Assembly: GCA_043228905.1 (NCBI GenBank)
Contig: JBHGNT010000018.1
Location: forward strand, 15,438,001 to 15,502,000
Direction of reading: 5' to 3'
Length of the DNA: 64,000 bases
Origin: Azolla caroliniana
Taxonomy: Eukaryota; Plantae; Polypodiophyta
Shown in pieces: positions 11,350 through 23,401 of this stretch (position 1 is the first letter of the stretch; each line of letters opens with the position of its first letter). The notes under the pieces were generated by a model, which worked only from the letters and a program-made list of their open reading frames with translations, was not told the DNA's origin and made no database searches. A program made the translations under genes and the position numbers.

Positions 11350-13836
11350 TTACTCATCAAAAGAAAGATCTACAACCAAATCCAGTTGTGGCAAGTATGC
11401 AGAACCCTTAATTAGGCGGCTCAATCTTTGGAACTTACAGAACAGGAAATCATTCATTGCATCTCCCACAACGAATTCATGTACCTTGTTATCCACTTCA
11501 ATCCAAGTTGTCCCACGTTTCTTTTGAGCACCGACACGTTTCCTAAGAGCCTCTAACTTCTCAGCTTCTTCCCACATCCCAGCGTCAGCATATATGTTCG
11601 AAAGGAGGATATATGCTGATGCATCATCAGGATCCAATTTTTGAATTTCATTAAAACATCTTTTTCCAAGATCCACATCACAATGTGTTCTACAACTATT
11701 AAGCAACGAGGTCCAAATGATCGAATCTGTTGAAACTGGCATGGTGGTAAGTAGTGAGGTGGCCTCCTTGAGATGTCCCACACGACCAAGAAGGTCAATA
11801 ATGCAATTGTAGTGTTCAATCGTCGGAGTGATACCATGCTCATTGACCATCATCTTGAAGTACCGGTGGCCTTCATTTAGAACCCCAGCATGTGTACAAG
11901 CAACAAGAAGACTAGTAAATATCCCATCATGTGGCTTTATACCTTGCTTTTGCATATTCTGAAGGCAATTACTAACTACCTTGAGGTTGCCACATCGTGC
12001 ATATCCTGACATTATTGCAGCCCATGATACAATATCTTTAGCATGCAATCGATCAAATGCTCGTGCTGCTTCCATCAAGGTTCCAAGTTTAGCGTACATA
12101 TCAACTAGTGTGTTACCTATTTCTAGATCATTCTCAAAATCACTTGTCATGATCTGATAATGAACCTGCCTCCCTTGTTTTATCGCCCCAGTGCTACCGC
12201 ATGCTTTTAAAACACACAAAAATATCACTTTATCTGGCTCTACACATTCCTGCCACATCTCCTCATATAGGTCTAATGCAGATAGCCCATGTCCATGTTC
12301 AGCGCAACCCAAAATTATCGCCCCCCAAGAGATTACATCTCGATATTGCATTGCTCGAAATACCTTCTCGGCCTCCTCAACCCTTCCACACTTTGCATAC
12401 ATATCCACAAGCTTATTGGCAATGGCCAAATCTGATTCAAAATCCTGCTTGATTATCTGATCATGTACCATCATACCACGGTCAAGAGATTCTAAGTTTG
12501 AACATGCATTCAAAACAGGTAAGAAAACTATCAAATTAGGTTTTACTCCATCATGTTGCATCCTGTCAAATAGCTCAAGGGAAACAGGACCCAGAGCAGA
12601 TCCACCATAGCCACTAATCATTGCACCCCAAGAAACAACATCCCGATTGGTTAGCTTCTCAAAAACTGCATGAGCATTTTCTAGATCTCCACATCTTGCA
12701 TACATATCAACCAATGTATTTTCTAAAACCTTGTCAGGTAAAAATCCACTCTCCACAATTTGTTTATGTATCAACATGGCCTGCTTAATAGCTTTTACAA
12801 TACCACAAGCCTTCATAATGCTTAAGAATGCTACTCTGTCTACTTCAACACCACCTTGGTACATTTTCCCAAGCAACTCCATTGCATAATGGCCATCCCC
12901 ATGCTGGGCATAACCAGCAATTAGTGTAACCCATGACACAGAATTTCGATTCTTCATCGTTTCAAATACATTGTGTGCATCTAACAAGCAACCAGACTTA
13001 GCATAAATGTCCACGAGAGAGCTAGAGATAAACAAATCATATTCATGCCCATGGCGAATCACCTGTTCATGAATCTTCCTTGCTTGTCTTGCTGTATTAG
13101 TACTACAACATGCTTTCAATGTCGAGATGAAGATCACTCTATCTGGTATGATGCCTTCACATTGCATGTTTTCAAATAGTTGAAGAGCATGTAAACCTTT
13201 TCCTTGAGCTGTATATCCAGTTATCAATGCACACCAGGATACTACATCTTTGCAAGGCATTGCATCAAACACACAATGTGCTTCTGCAAGATTACCACAT
13301 TTGGCGTAAACATCGGCAAGAGAATTAGCAACAACATTGTCAGATTGATAGCCACTTTTGATCAGGCTATCATGAACAATTCTGGTATACAATGCACAAC
13401 TCAAATTTCGGCAAGCTTTCAAGGTGGATAAGAATGTGATCTTATCAGGTTGTATACCCTTCTGTAACATATTATGGAATAACTCAAAAGCTCTTTCATC
13501 TTCTCCGAGCTTTGTATGTGCAGAAATAACTGCGCTCCATGTGTAAACAGTTGGTTGCTTGACATTACGAAAAGCTTCATCAGCTTCGAGTAACTTATTA
13601 CATGAGGCGAACATTCGAATGAGATGATCACCCCAATATGCATCACAATCGAGTCCATATCTTTGGAGATGTGATTGAATTTGCTTACCTGATATCACAT
13701 CCTTCTTCTTGATGCTTTCTTGAAGGAGGGCAAAGACATCACTATCCTTGGTAGACTTCCTTTGTCGTGATACTGGTTCAAAACCTTCATCAGCAACAAG
13801 GTTCTGCAAGCAAAACGCACTACCAAAATAGAACAT
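11350..13836 (-). CDS. PLS-class pentatricopeptide repeat protein with E/E+ extension and no DYW domain (organellar RNA-editing factor type)
   Basis: 828 aa ORF of P-L-S triplets (DVVSW..LI.GY / L.AC / N.LVDMYAKCG); terminal TIEHYNCIIDLLGRVG, AYILLSNIYA and KKRGTTWIEVDNKVHEFVVGD; stop before any HSE/CxxC motif. True start uncertain: possible splice acceptor TTGCAG at ~13804. Confidence 0.93.
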   Translation of the reverse strand: MFYFGSAFCLQNLVADEGFEPVSRQRKSTKDSDVFALLQESIKKKDVISGKQIQSHLQRYGLDCDAYWGDHLIRMFASCNKLLEADEAFRNVKQPTVYTWSAVISAHTKLGEDERAFELFHNMLQKGIQPDKITFLSTLKACRNLSCALYTRIVHDSLIKSGYQSDNVVANSLADVYAKCGNLAEAHCVFDAMPCKDVVSWCALITGYTAQGKGLHALQLFENMQCEGIIPDRVIFISTLKACCSTNTARQARKIHEQVIRHGHEYDLFISSSLVDIYAKSGCLLDAHNVFETMKNRNSVSWVTLIAGYAQHGDGHYAMELLGKMYQGGVEVDRVAFLSIMKACGIVKAIKQAMLIHKQIVESGFLPDKVLENTLVDMYARCGDLENAHAVFEKLTNRDVVSWGAMISGYGGSALGPVSLELFDRMQHDGVKPNLIVFLPVLNACSNLESLDRGMMVHDQIIKQDFESDLAIANKLVDMYAKCGRVEEAEKVFRAMQYRDVISWGAIILGCAEHGHGLSALDLYEEMWQECVEPDKVIFLCVLKACGSTGAIKQGRQVHYQIMTSDFENDLEIGNTLVDMYAKLGTLMEAARAFDRLHAKDIVSWAAIMSGYARCGNLKVVSNCLQNMQKQGIKPHDGIFTSLLVACTHAGVLNEGHRYFKMMVNEHGITPTIEHYNCIIDLLGRVGHLKEATSLLTTMPVSTDSIIWTSLLNSCRTHCDVDLGKRCFNEIQKLDPDDASAYILLSNIYADAGMWEEAEKLEALRKRVGAQKKRGTTWIEVDNKVHEFVVGDAMNDFLFCKFQRLSRLIKGSAYLPQLDLVVDLSFDE

Positions 13837-13963
13837 AGTTGAAGAAGAAAAAAAAAAGATAATATGATGTAAAAGGCACCACTAAAAATAGAACACAGTT
13901 CAAGAAAGATAATATGATAAGATGAAGCAGAGATTCTGTTCAAATTCCGTCCCTTAACATAAC

Positions 13964-14120
13964 ATCCCACATTTAACCTATCATTCGACACTAATTTAAC
14001 CCATCGCTTATCATAAAATCCCACATTTAACCTATCATTTGACAATAATTTTTCACCCATCATTCAAAGTAACATCCTACATTTAACCTATCATTCGAAA
14101 ATAACTTAACCCATCATTCA
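13964..14120. repeat. ~55 bp tandem repeat x3
   Basis: atcc(c/t)acatttaacctatcatt recurs at ~13964, ~14018 and ~14074. Confidence 0.85.
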
Positions 14121-14474
14121 ACACATCATTTGTCAAATAATTTTAATCTCTTTCATGCAAAACACAAAAACAAAAATGTTTATACACAGAATAAAGCAGA
14201 TCCTAAAAGCTTTCAAGCATCCATTGTTAACCTACCTAAGCCAAAACCCAAAACACACTCAGAGAGAAACAGTAATTTTTCTAAGAGATACCTTCTGGCG
14301 GTTGCGGTTGCGTGGATTGGATGCGATTTGCAGAGTGGCAAACCATCCCTTGAACCTCTCATGCTCCAGTAGGAACAATAGAAAGGAAGCATTTGTTCAT
14401 GAAATCATCATGAGCAAGAAGACTTGTCGTTTATTATATTTACTAAAATACCCCTAGATAGATATATGGATGGA

Positions 14475-14699
14475 CAGATAGACTTGCGATTATACGCGTA
14501 GATAGACTCACAATTATACATGTAGATCGACTCTTGATTATACGCATTGATAGACTCTCGATTATTCGCGTAGATAGACTCCCGATTATACACATAGATA
14601 GACTCTCGATTATACGCATCGATAAACTTTGGATTATAAGCATTGGAATTGAGAAGAGAGAGAGAGAGAGAGAGAGAGAGTGTGTGTGTGTGTGTGTGT
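14475..14699. repeat. 24 bp minisatellite x6 followed by a compound (GA)n(GT)n microsatellite
   Basis: Consensus atagactctcgattatacgcgtag repeated 14475-14623; (GA)n then (GT)n at 14655-14699. Confidence 0.88.
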
Positions 14700-16335
14700 A
14701 GGGGAGGAAGAGTAGATCGGATTGACAATGCATGGAAAACATACTCGAATGTGGTCGAATGAAAGCACATCATAAACTTTACATCATACCCACCAACATA
14801 ACTTCTATTAACCTAGCTCCTAGTTTTGACAATGTAGGTTGCGAAATATTGTTTTCTCAGAAGGCGTATTCATTGCCTATTGTAAAACAAGGGTCATAAT
14901 CCATACTACTCTAAATGGGTTCTACAAACACAATCAATTGTAGCATATGATGGGAGTTAATGATTTTGTCAATTGGGACAATAAAGACTCTACATGACTT
15001 TCAAAGCAAAACACAACATAACATTTAATAAATATTCCAACAAGATAAGAAACAAACTTTCCAATAAAGATAAGTTGGCTCTTGTACTTGGAGCATAAGC
15101 ATATAACAATGATGCAAAAAATACTTTGTATACCTCGCACACACGAACTATTTTTCTAAAACCCAAGACTACATAATTTTAGAGCATTGTCATGGGCACC
15201 TCTCCTAAGGGCCACATCTCGAGGCTTGCTTTTGGTGGTCATATTAGTATCTTACGCCAATCCATGCTTCAACTACAACTTATCTATCATCCTCATTTAT
15301 AATGCATGCCAAGCACGATAAGCTAAAGGGAGCAAAATTGTGCCCCTCACCGTTGATTGACGAGTATAAGATTATCATCATCACTTAACATTGCACAATG
15401 CAAACTCCAATTTGAACAAGTTAGTTTGATTGTGCGCATAGGTTTGTTACTCATTGCATTTGGATGGAGATAAAAGGACCCCAATTTTCAGTAAGATTCA
15501 TTTGATCAAATAAGTGTTATTGCTTTGCTCCTCATTTATTATGATGAAGAGGAAACATGTGCCTTCAAATCTAATCTAAATATATAAAATAGCATACACT
15601 TTGCGACATTGATGTTTGAAGTGCCCAATTTATTGTTGACAACACAACAACTCATGGGGATATGTGAATCTAATGATATTCCTCTTAATTTTGAGAACCA
15701 AATTGGTAAGCATTATCATTCTATAGCACCATGGAAAACACTAATTCTCAATTTGAAATGAAAATAATTTAGATTTCCAACCACGATGATTTGCTACATT
15801 CGTTGTGCATAATTGTTTAGTTCATACATGGTAAATGAGATAAAAGGTCAAGACACGTGTGCCCAAATTACATTACATGTAGATTTATATAAACTTGACT
15901 CACCTATATAACATTACTTAACTAATAAACCTAATTTTTTCTTGATTATGGCTCCTAGTAGTTTGAAAATATATGCTAATGGCAAGAATTGAAGGGCCCA
16001 TATGCATATAGTATAACAAATAATGTGAAATGGTAACTCAATGTTAGATTGAAGCAATTAGATATGTTGTTCATTGAAATGCACACAATCAACATGACAA
16101 ACTCGTCATTAATATAAACTCAAATGTGAGCAATGCTTAAATGTAAGTAGTTTATTTATTCATCGACATCAAACCAATGATGGCAGTGTTACAAAAAAAT
16201 TGAACACAAAATACCTTGTAGTAATGATAATGATAAACCTGTCGTAAGGTGCTCAACATCAAACAAGTAGCTAATATAAAGAGCATTACTGAAGTAAAGA
16301 GATTGATTGCAATCTGTTTCTATGTATTGGGTTGG

Positions 16336-16605
16336 TCATTGGAGCAAGAAAAAAGTAACAAAAGTAGATGAAAGGAGAGAGAGGAGAATGGATAAGACAT
16401 AATCAAGATGATGATGTGCTCCTCCCGAAGACTCAAAACCAGTGAAAGGGGAAGGGGATGGGGATGAGGATGAGGATGGTTGAGCCATGACACAGTTAGT
16501 ATCCACCATCATCACAACCATTATGGATGACATCATCATCATCATGGACATTACCATGATATCTTTTACATTTGGGGTAGTGGACGATTTGTTAAGAAAA
16601 GCCAT
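16336..16605 (-). CDS. Putative arabinogalactan peptide / small GPI-anchored protein, 89 aa
   Basis: Met/Val-rich hydrophobic signal ending CVMA|QP; short SSSSSPSPSP core; ESSG omega-like site; hydrophobic C-terminus; TATA-like CTATTTAAAC at 16771-16780 on the - strand. Confidence 0.65.
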   Translation of the reverse strand: MAFLNKSSTTPNVKDIMVMSMMMMMSSIMVVMMVDTNCVMAQPSSSSSPSPSPFTGFESSGGAHHHLDYVLSILLSLLSSTFVTFFLLQ

Positions 16606-17371
16606 TGGTAACTTGTGATGGTGGTGGTGGTGATTAGTTTTGCTTTTGTTGAGGCAAAGCTTAGAGATGCACAATTCTGTGTACTGGCCTTCGAAAACTT
16701 TATTAGTTTTTGTGTAAAAAGGCATGGAAGGTGGTGTAATAGTTAGCTCTTTGGTTGTTGGGGTGTGTGTGTTTAAATAGAGAGAACTAGGAATGGGTCC
16801 CAACATTTGGGACTACACCAACTATAACTTCCCCTCCCTTTAAAAGTCTAGGTAGATGTCGTTTGTTTTAATCAAAATTGTTAGACGTTGAAATTCCCAG
16901 GTAGAATGGCAATATTTTAACTTCCATGTTTCTCCATGAAGGTTGAATAATTTATTCATTATTTGAGCAAATATATTGACAACCAATATCATGTTATTCT
17001 AGATTGGTTGTTGCTACATCCATTATAAAAGTTTACATTTGGACCACACCAACAACTTTCTCTTATTTCTAAAGGATGCCACTTCTTTTTTCAATCTAAG
17101 TTTGTGCTCGTAATACTTGGCCTTCTCCCTTTCTTTCCTTCCACACTTAGATTATTAAACTATATAGCTCTCAAGAATACCATCTGTCATTTTGAATCTT
17201 GGACTATATTGGTTTCGTGAATGACACATGCCATTTTTCTTTATGTAACTACATATATTCATGTTATTTTGGAGGATGCCCTTATTTCGATTTTGGTTCT
17301 CCCTTATCCCTCACCCTTCATCCATATGTGCGGCATGGACATGTGGCTCCACTCACACACACACACACCAC

Positions 17372-18030
17372 CTATTCACACTATTTTAGATGATCGTGTT
17401 GTTTGATTTACATCTTCCTTACTCCCATTCCTTCATCTCTTGGAAACTTGGAATGGATTGCATCGTTTAGTGAATGGCACATGCGATTCCTCTTTAGGGA
17501 ATGAGATAATATTTAACATGACAGTTTCTCAATTAATCTCTACTACAAGTGTGAATATGTGAGATTGACAAGCAAGCATGCGATATTTGGGTAGGGGAAG
17601 GGAAAACACACATTGCACAGTATTTCCGATGATGTCCTTGTTTTACTAAATTAGAGTATTTGTTTCCTTGTCTTCCTTGATCACTTGGAAACTTGGAATG
17701 GGTGGGATGCATAGTTTAGTGAATGACCATTCAATGATTCACACTATTTCAAATGATACCTTTTTTTGCTTGAGAGCCTTTGCTTCCCTCTTTTCCCTCA
17801 TCTCGTGGGAACTTGGAATGGGTTGCATGGTTTAGTGAATGACCATTCAATGATTCACACTATTTTAGATGATGCCCTTGTTTTAATTTAGGATCTTGCA
17901 TACCCCCACTTCTTTCATTGCTTAGAAACTATTAGATTAATAGCCATTAGATTATTCGCACTATTTCAAATGATGCACGATTTAGTGAATGGGCATTAGA
18001 TGATTCACACTATTTCGGATGATGCTCTTG
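17372..18030. repeat. Cluster of degenerate repeats of variable length (~50-120 bp)
   Basis: Motifs attcacactattt.(a/g)gatgat, ttggaaacttggaatgg and tttagtgaatg recur about 5-6 times. Confidence 0.7.
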
Positions 18031-18279
18031 TAGGGGAGGGGATAAGTTTTTCATTACTACTCTAGCATCTCTCCCAATGTACGAATTTATAGTAGTTTAT
18101 AGAAATTAGTGGCAATACTCGAACGTAAACAACTAGATTAACAAGACATCGGGCTACCTCATTAAAAAGTTTTTATATCACAACACATTGTACCAAAGTG
18201 TGATGATTTGACTTCATCATTTGTTTACAATTTTTTTTTGCATAAGTTGATGAATCTCTTGATTGTACCCCAAATTCCC

Positions 18280-18365
18280 GTGTTCTTTGCTCAAGTAACT
18301 GTTAGTACTAAAAGTATCCCTCCAATACATGTCTTAGCACTCCTAGATTCTGGAGCTGTGAGCCA
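18280..18365 (+). pseudogene. Isolated retrotransposon aspartic protease fragment
   Basis: Translates as VFFAQVTVSTKSIPPIHVLALLDSGAVS (ALLDSGA catalytic motif). Confidence 0.5.
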
Positions 18366-20495
18366 AGTTGTATTGAAGCAATAGTGTGCATGGAGGACAA
18401 AGGGATAAAACTCTAGCATGTATTAATGAGTATTATTTCTTGTTTTGAGAAGAATATGGTTTTGTAGTTTGGTGCAACAAATGTAATATATGTGAAACAC
18501 GAGCTTGCATACCTGTCTCAAGTTGGGATATACTAGCTTTGGGAAAACGCCTCATTCAAATAGGAATCTATCGATGCATTGTGAAGCAAATGTGATGCAT
18601 CACATTTTTCAAAAAAATATTTGTATCTTCCATTCATATGGAACTAATTTTTTTTTATCCATGTCTTTTGAATCATTTTACTTGCTTCCCATGTGACTAT
18701 AGGAAGTCAATGTGAGGGGTTTCTTAAATCTTGTGCATGTACTCAATCATATTTCCATGGCCATGATATCAATGGATGTTATATGTGGTTTCGAGAAGTA
18801 GTAACATGTATATCATGTGTGGCTTGAATTGAAAAAATTCATTAGCAAGCCCTTTTGGACATTTTCAAACTTTTACCACGTATACTAATGAATGCCATAT
18901 CCCCATACCTCAACTTAAGAGAGAGAGTGATTATGTTAGATTAGATTTTGACTTATGAGATCAAACAAACATAACATCTTTGATCAAATCCTTCGTAAGT
19001 AGGGGCTTAATACATTGTAATAAAAGATCTCTATGTGAAAATTATGCGCACACATATATTCCTCATTATTGGAGAGTTATGTAAGACTCTTAAATTATCA
19101 TGCATGTCTAACAAGTCATCATGTTTTTTGTGAATCACCTTATATATTAAACATGTGAGCATTGATATTCATCCTCCCATAGATTTTTATTGCATACCTT
19201 ACATATATTCACACTTTTGCGATGATTCAATGTTGTTGTCACGTAAATGCACATATATGTGCTACTCAAGTGGAACCAAGCCTCAAGGGGAACCTGAATT
19301 GAGGAGGACATTATCTCGTGTGTGAAGATCCCGATTCAAGTCGGGTGGAGACAAATTTCCTTGGACTTGGGGATCCCCAACGTCGTGGATCCATTGGCCT
19401 TGTGAGCTCCTTGGTCTCCTAGGCTCACCTCAATCATGGGCTCACGGGTTGACGCCATGATTCAACCTCTCTCTCACACACAACAATAATGTTTGAATTG
19501 CCAAACATGGGATTAGGGTTGATTAAACTCGATACAACAAGATTAAGGATGTAAGATTAGGGTTGTAAGAAATAAAATAAAAGGATAATTTAGGGTTGTA
19601 AGAAATCCTTTTATACATATTAGGGTTTACAAAATGGTTACTGAATGATTACAAACATGATTACAATGGTTTACAATGATGAATACAATGGAATGAGGGA
19701 TGAAGAACTCTAAGTTTTAGTGGCCCGAGCTCACGAACAACAATGATTAGTCTTTAGTTATTGTAGGTTTCCACACTCTCTTTTTGTTTGCATCTTTTCT
19801 CCATCTCATGTCCCTCTTCTGCCACCTCTCCAAGAGAGACAAAACCTTAGAATTTTTAACACCAAACCCTAATAGAAGTAGAATGATGCCAAAAAGTGAT
19901 CCAACTTCCACTTCCGCAATCCACAACTCACCCAAAACCCCTAAAAACTCTAGAATGAACAAAATAGAAAAGAACTAAGAAGAAGAAAATATGAAGAAAT
20001 CCTAAAACTTCGAAAATGAAGACCCAAAACACATGCATTAATTGATACTTAAACCCTACACCTCTTTATACACAATTTATGGCCTTAACAACTAGATTGG
20101 TTACTTTTCATTGTTATATTTAATTTGTAATAAATTTACATATATACATTATGTGGATGCCCCTTTTTCCCTTTTTATTTATTTCCCTCTTTGGACATGC
20201 CACATCATGACAACACTAGCTCAACACCTAACTTGCGTGAGCAAGTTTGAAAAAATGTTAAGGGCTCTTCTAGGGCCAACGCTCATGGGGCAGTGAGAAG
20301 TATCTAGATACATTCTAGCATTGTTTCCTTGTCTTGGGGCCAACATTGATGGTTAAGATTCACAATGTAATACTCATACTCCAATGAGTTTTTATTGCAT
20401 TCCTTACATACCTTCATAATTGGGTGATGATATGACATCTAACTTGCATGAGCATGTTTGATGAAGAGTAAAGGCTCTTTAACTGAGAGCCATGG

Positions 20496-21228
20496 TGTCG
20501 TGAAGAAAACCGGCCCTAAGAGGAATCAAGGAATTAAAGGCGTGAACCCGCCCTTGCACAAGTATGCGCGAATTAATACACTATGCATAACTAGGAATAG
20601 GACGGCAGATGTAAATATACTAGATATGACATATTTATTAGCTAGGAAATCAATGCGTATCTTTGTCCGAAGGGACAAAGAATAAAGTTGACGTGTTTTG
20701 ATGTAACGGCCTCCTCGGCGACCTATAAAAGGGAGGGGAGAAGAAGAAGAAGGGATCGTGTTTTGGCGAGGACAAGGTGCTGTCGGACTGGGTTTCGAGC
20801 TCTCTCCTCCTCTATTGTTGCTCTCCACTCTGTTTGAGGTCGGTTGCCTCTGTTGCGTGTAAGCTCGCGTGCTTCCAACAGAGGCTCCATCGTGCGTTCT
20901 CTGTGTTGCGTGTGTGTGCGTGGGTTCTCTGTGCTGGGTCTGTTTCCGGCTTGCCGGTTGTAATCTTGCAAACATTGTAACCTTGCTAGTTATTGAATTC
21001 AAACTTTTGTTTTCTCTCTCTTGTGTTGTCGTGAGTTCCCTCTACCTTGTCCGGTGAGCGTGTATCAGGTTCGGAGACTATACGTGCTCAAGTCTTATTC
21101 GGCTAGTAACACTGTCGGCAACGAGCAGGCCTAGTCGGCGATACGCTCGTGTGTATCTCTCTCCCATTTGATCTCTTAAACCCCTCGGTCCAAGACCCCT
21201 GCGGTCCCGCCTTAATTTCTCCACGACA
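20496..21228 (+). repeat. Element A 5' LTR
   Basis: Direct repeat of 42977-43726; CTATAAAA TATA box at ~20723; lacks ~18 bp near the 3' end relative to the 3' LTR. Confidence 0.95.
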
Positions 21229-21234
21229 TCAATT

Positions 21235-21251
21235 TGGTAAACCCGACGTGA
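21235..21251 (+). promoter_or_regulatory. Primer-binding site, tRNA-Trp type (element A)
   Basis: TGGTAAACCCGACGTGA matches the complement of the plant tRNA-Trp 3' end as recalled (TGGTGAACCCGACGTGA) with 1 mismatch. Confidence 0.8.
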
Positions 21252-21268
21252 AGCAAGGCGGCAGAGGA

Positions 21269-23401
21269 ATGAAGATGAGGGGATCAGAGCTCGCCGAAGC
21301 CATGACGGCAGCGGTTGATCGGATAGTAAGCGCTCGCGAGGGCACATGCGCCCTCGACAGGGCCATTGAAGCGAGTGTCGGCGCGATAGGCCGGTTCAAT
21401 GGTAAGAATGCCAGGAGTTATTTGGAGGCCTACCGGGCTGAAATGGTGATGAGGGACATTCCGGAAGATAGGCGGTTGGTCGGTTTCCCTCGGGTGGCGA
21501 CACTAGGCATTCATGCAAAGGTGCTCGAGGTACAAGCTGGATGTCGGACCTGGGGAGAGTTTGAAGGTCAAATCCTCGAGAAATACGGGCTCGATGACTC
21601 GCTTCGGCTATCAAAGCGAGAGTTCATGGAGTGGGTGGAGACCCCCGGAAAGGCGAGGAACATGTCTGCGCTCCTCCAGGAATTTGAAAAACGGTTCGCT
21701 CGGTTGTCGGCACTGGACCGGACTGTGCTCGACACGAGTCGGGTCCTATTGTTCGTCAAAGCGGTGGACGCGTTGGACCGGGAGAAAGTGGGTCTCCTAT
21801 TGGAGACAGACGAAGGGCTCACAATAGACTGGGCCGTGGTAAAACAAGTCTGTAGTCGTTTCGACAAACGACGTGAATGGAGCGGCGAGGGATCGCAAGC
21901 AGCAAGGCCGGTCCCGACAAGGGAGTTCGAGGGGCCGGCATCGATAAGGAAAGTCGAGACTCGGACTTGGCAAGAGTCGGGTACGGGCTTGTCCGACACG
22001 GTCAAGGGTCTCTCCGGGGGATCAGCTCTAGAAGAGCTGACACAAATGGTGCGAGATCTCTAGATCTTGCAGGCCTGGAGAGACAACGGCGAATAGCCTT
22101 GTGACCGGTGGCCGCCAGTAGGGCAACGATGCATGTGGTGTGACGCAGTTGGTCACATATGGAAGGAGTGCACGGATTTTGCAGAAGCACTCAGGACTAA
22201 CGCAGTGTACCTCTGGAATGGGCGGGTACATGCGAGCGAGACTCGGAAAGCCCTGGAGTTGAATACCGGGCGCGGCGGAATGAAGCGGTTGATGGAGGAA
22301 GCCGCGACGCAAAACGCAGAGGTTTTCCACTACTCTTCGTCGGCGGGTATCCGGGTTGGGGGTGATGAGGGCCGGAAGGCGAAAGACTCAAGATTCTGGC
22401 CGCTAGTGCTAGAAGGCCTCTCCGGGGTTTGGCTGAGGAAAGAGGAAGCAAACCGTGCAGAGCAACGGATTCGGGAGGTCACCGGATGGGACGATTCGGT
22501 TGAATAAAAGACCGGCTTCATGGAATCCGCATGGCAGAACTACGAGGTTCTAGTAGAAGACAAGTGCACGGGGAAGGTTGGAGGGGCCGGTCCCTCACAA
22601 CGGTACGAGACCTGGTTCGGACTGAAGCCGAACGATGCCGCCAACACCGGCACGCCGAATAGAAAGAAGCAGGCGGGTTTCCGGCTAAGCACCAAGATTG
22701 AGCGAACGACAGACCTACGAAAGGTCTTGGAGGAACGGATCCTCGACAGCAAGGTGGAGTTGTCGTTACGGGAGGTACTCGGGATTGCCAAGAAGGAGTT
22801 CCACGACTCCATTGTAGACTTGGTAAAACGTAAGCGGCTCTCGACGGAGCCGGAACCGGAGAAACCTGTGGAGGTGCGGACGACATGCATAGAAGACACT
22901 GCCCTAGAGGACGAGTTGGCGGACAACCACTATTCGAAGTTGCATTGGGCCAGAGCCACTACGGAGGCCCCTGTTCGGATCGGGGACGTCCTAGAGCCGG
23001 TGGTGGCATTGATAGAACATGGATCCGAAATCAACCTGATGTCCATGGATTTCTATAAGAAAGGGAAATGGTCGATCAACACCAAGCACGGGTGGAAGAT
23101 ACGCGCGACGACGTGCACTACTGAGGAGCTGCATGGTGCGTGCCTGAATGTATGCGTGAAGATCGGCGACGTCGAGATAGATCAACACTTCTTTGTGTAG
23201 GAGACATCCTCGCACCCGGTGGTACTCGGCGAACCGTACATCACCACGACACGCAAGGAAATGAAGGTGCTTGACAACGGTTCAGCATACGCGCGCGTGA
23301 AGAGCCAGGACGAGCAATGCTCCGTTCAATTTCTGATGGTGAGGCCGAATCATGAGCGCAACCGCGAGACCCTCGGCGGTGATAGCCGAGGGGATTTTTA
23401 G
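21269..23401 (+). pseudogene. Element A gag-protease ORF (interrupted)
   Basis: Gag; zinc knuckle CMWCDAVGHIWKEC; protease VALIEHGSEINLM; in-frame stops. Confidence 0.88.

Noticed and set aside
16606-16806. N-terminal extension of the 156-aa ORF
   Set aside because: Starts at a non-ATG codon and spans the TATA-like box; the ATG at 16605 fits a signal-peptide protein better.
19321-20345. Possible old solo LTR (TG...CA, telo-box-like AAACCCTA motifs)
   Set aside because: LTR-like composition, but boundaries and TSD could not be established.
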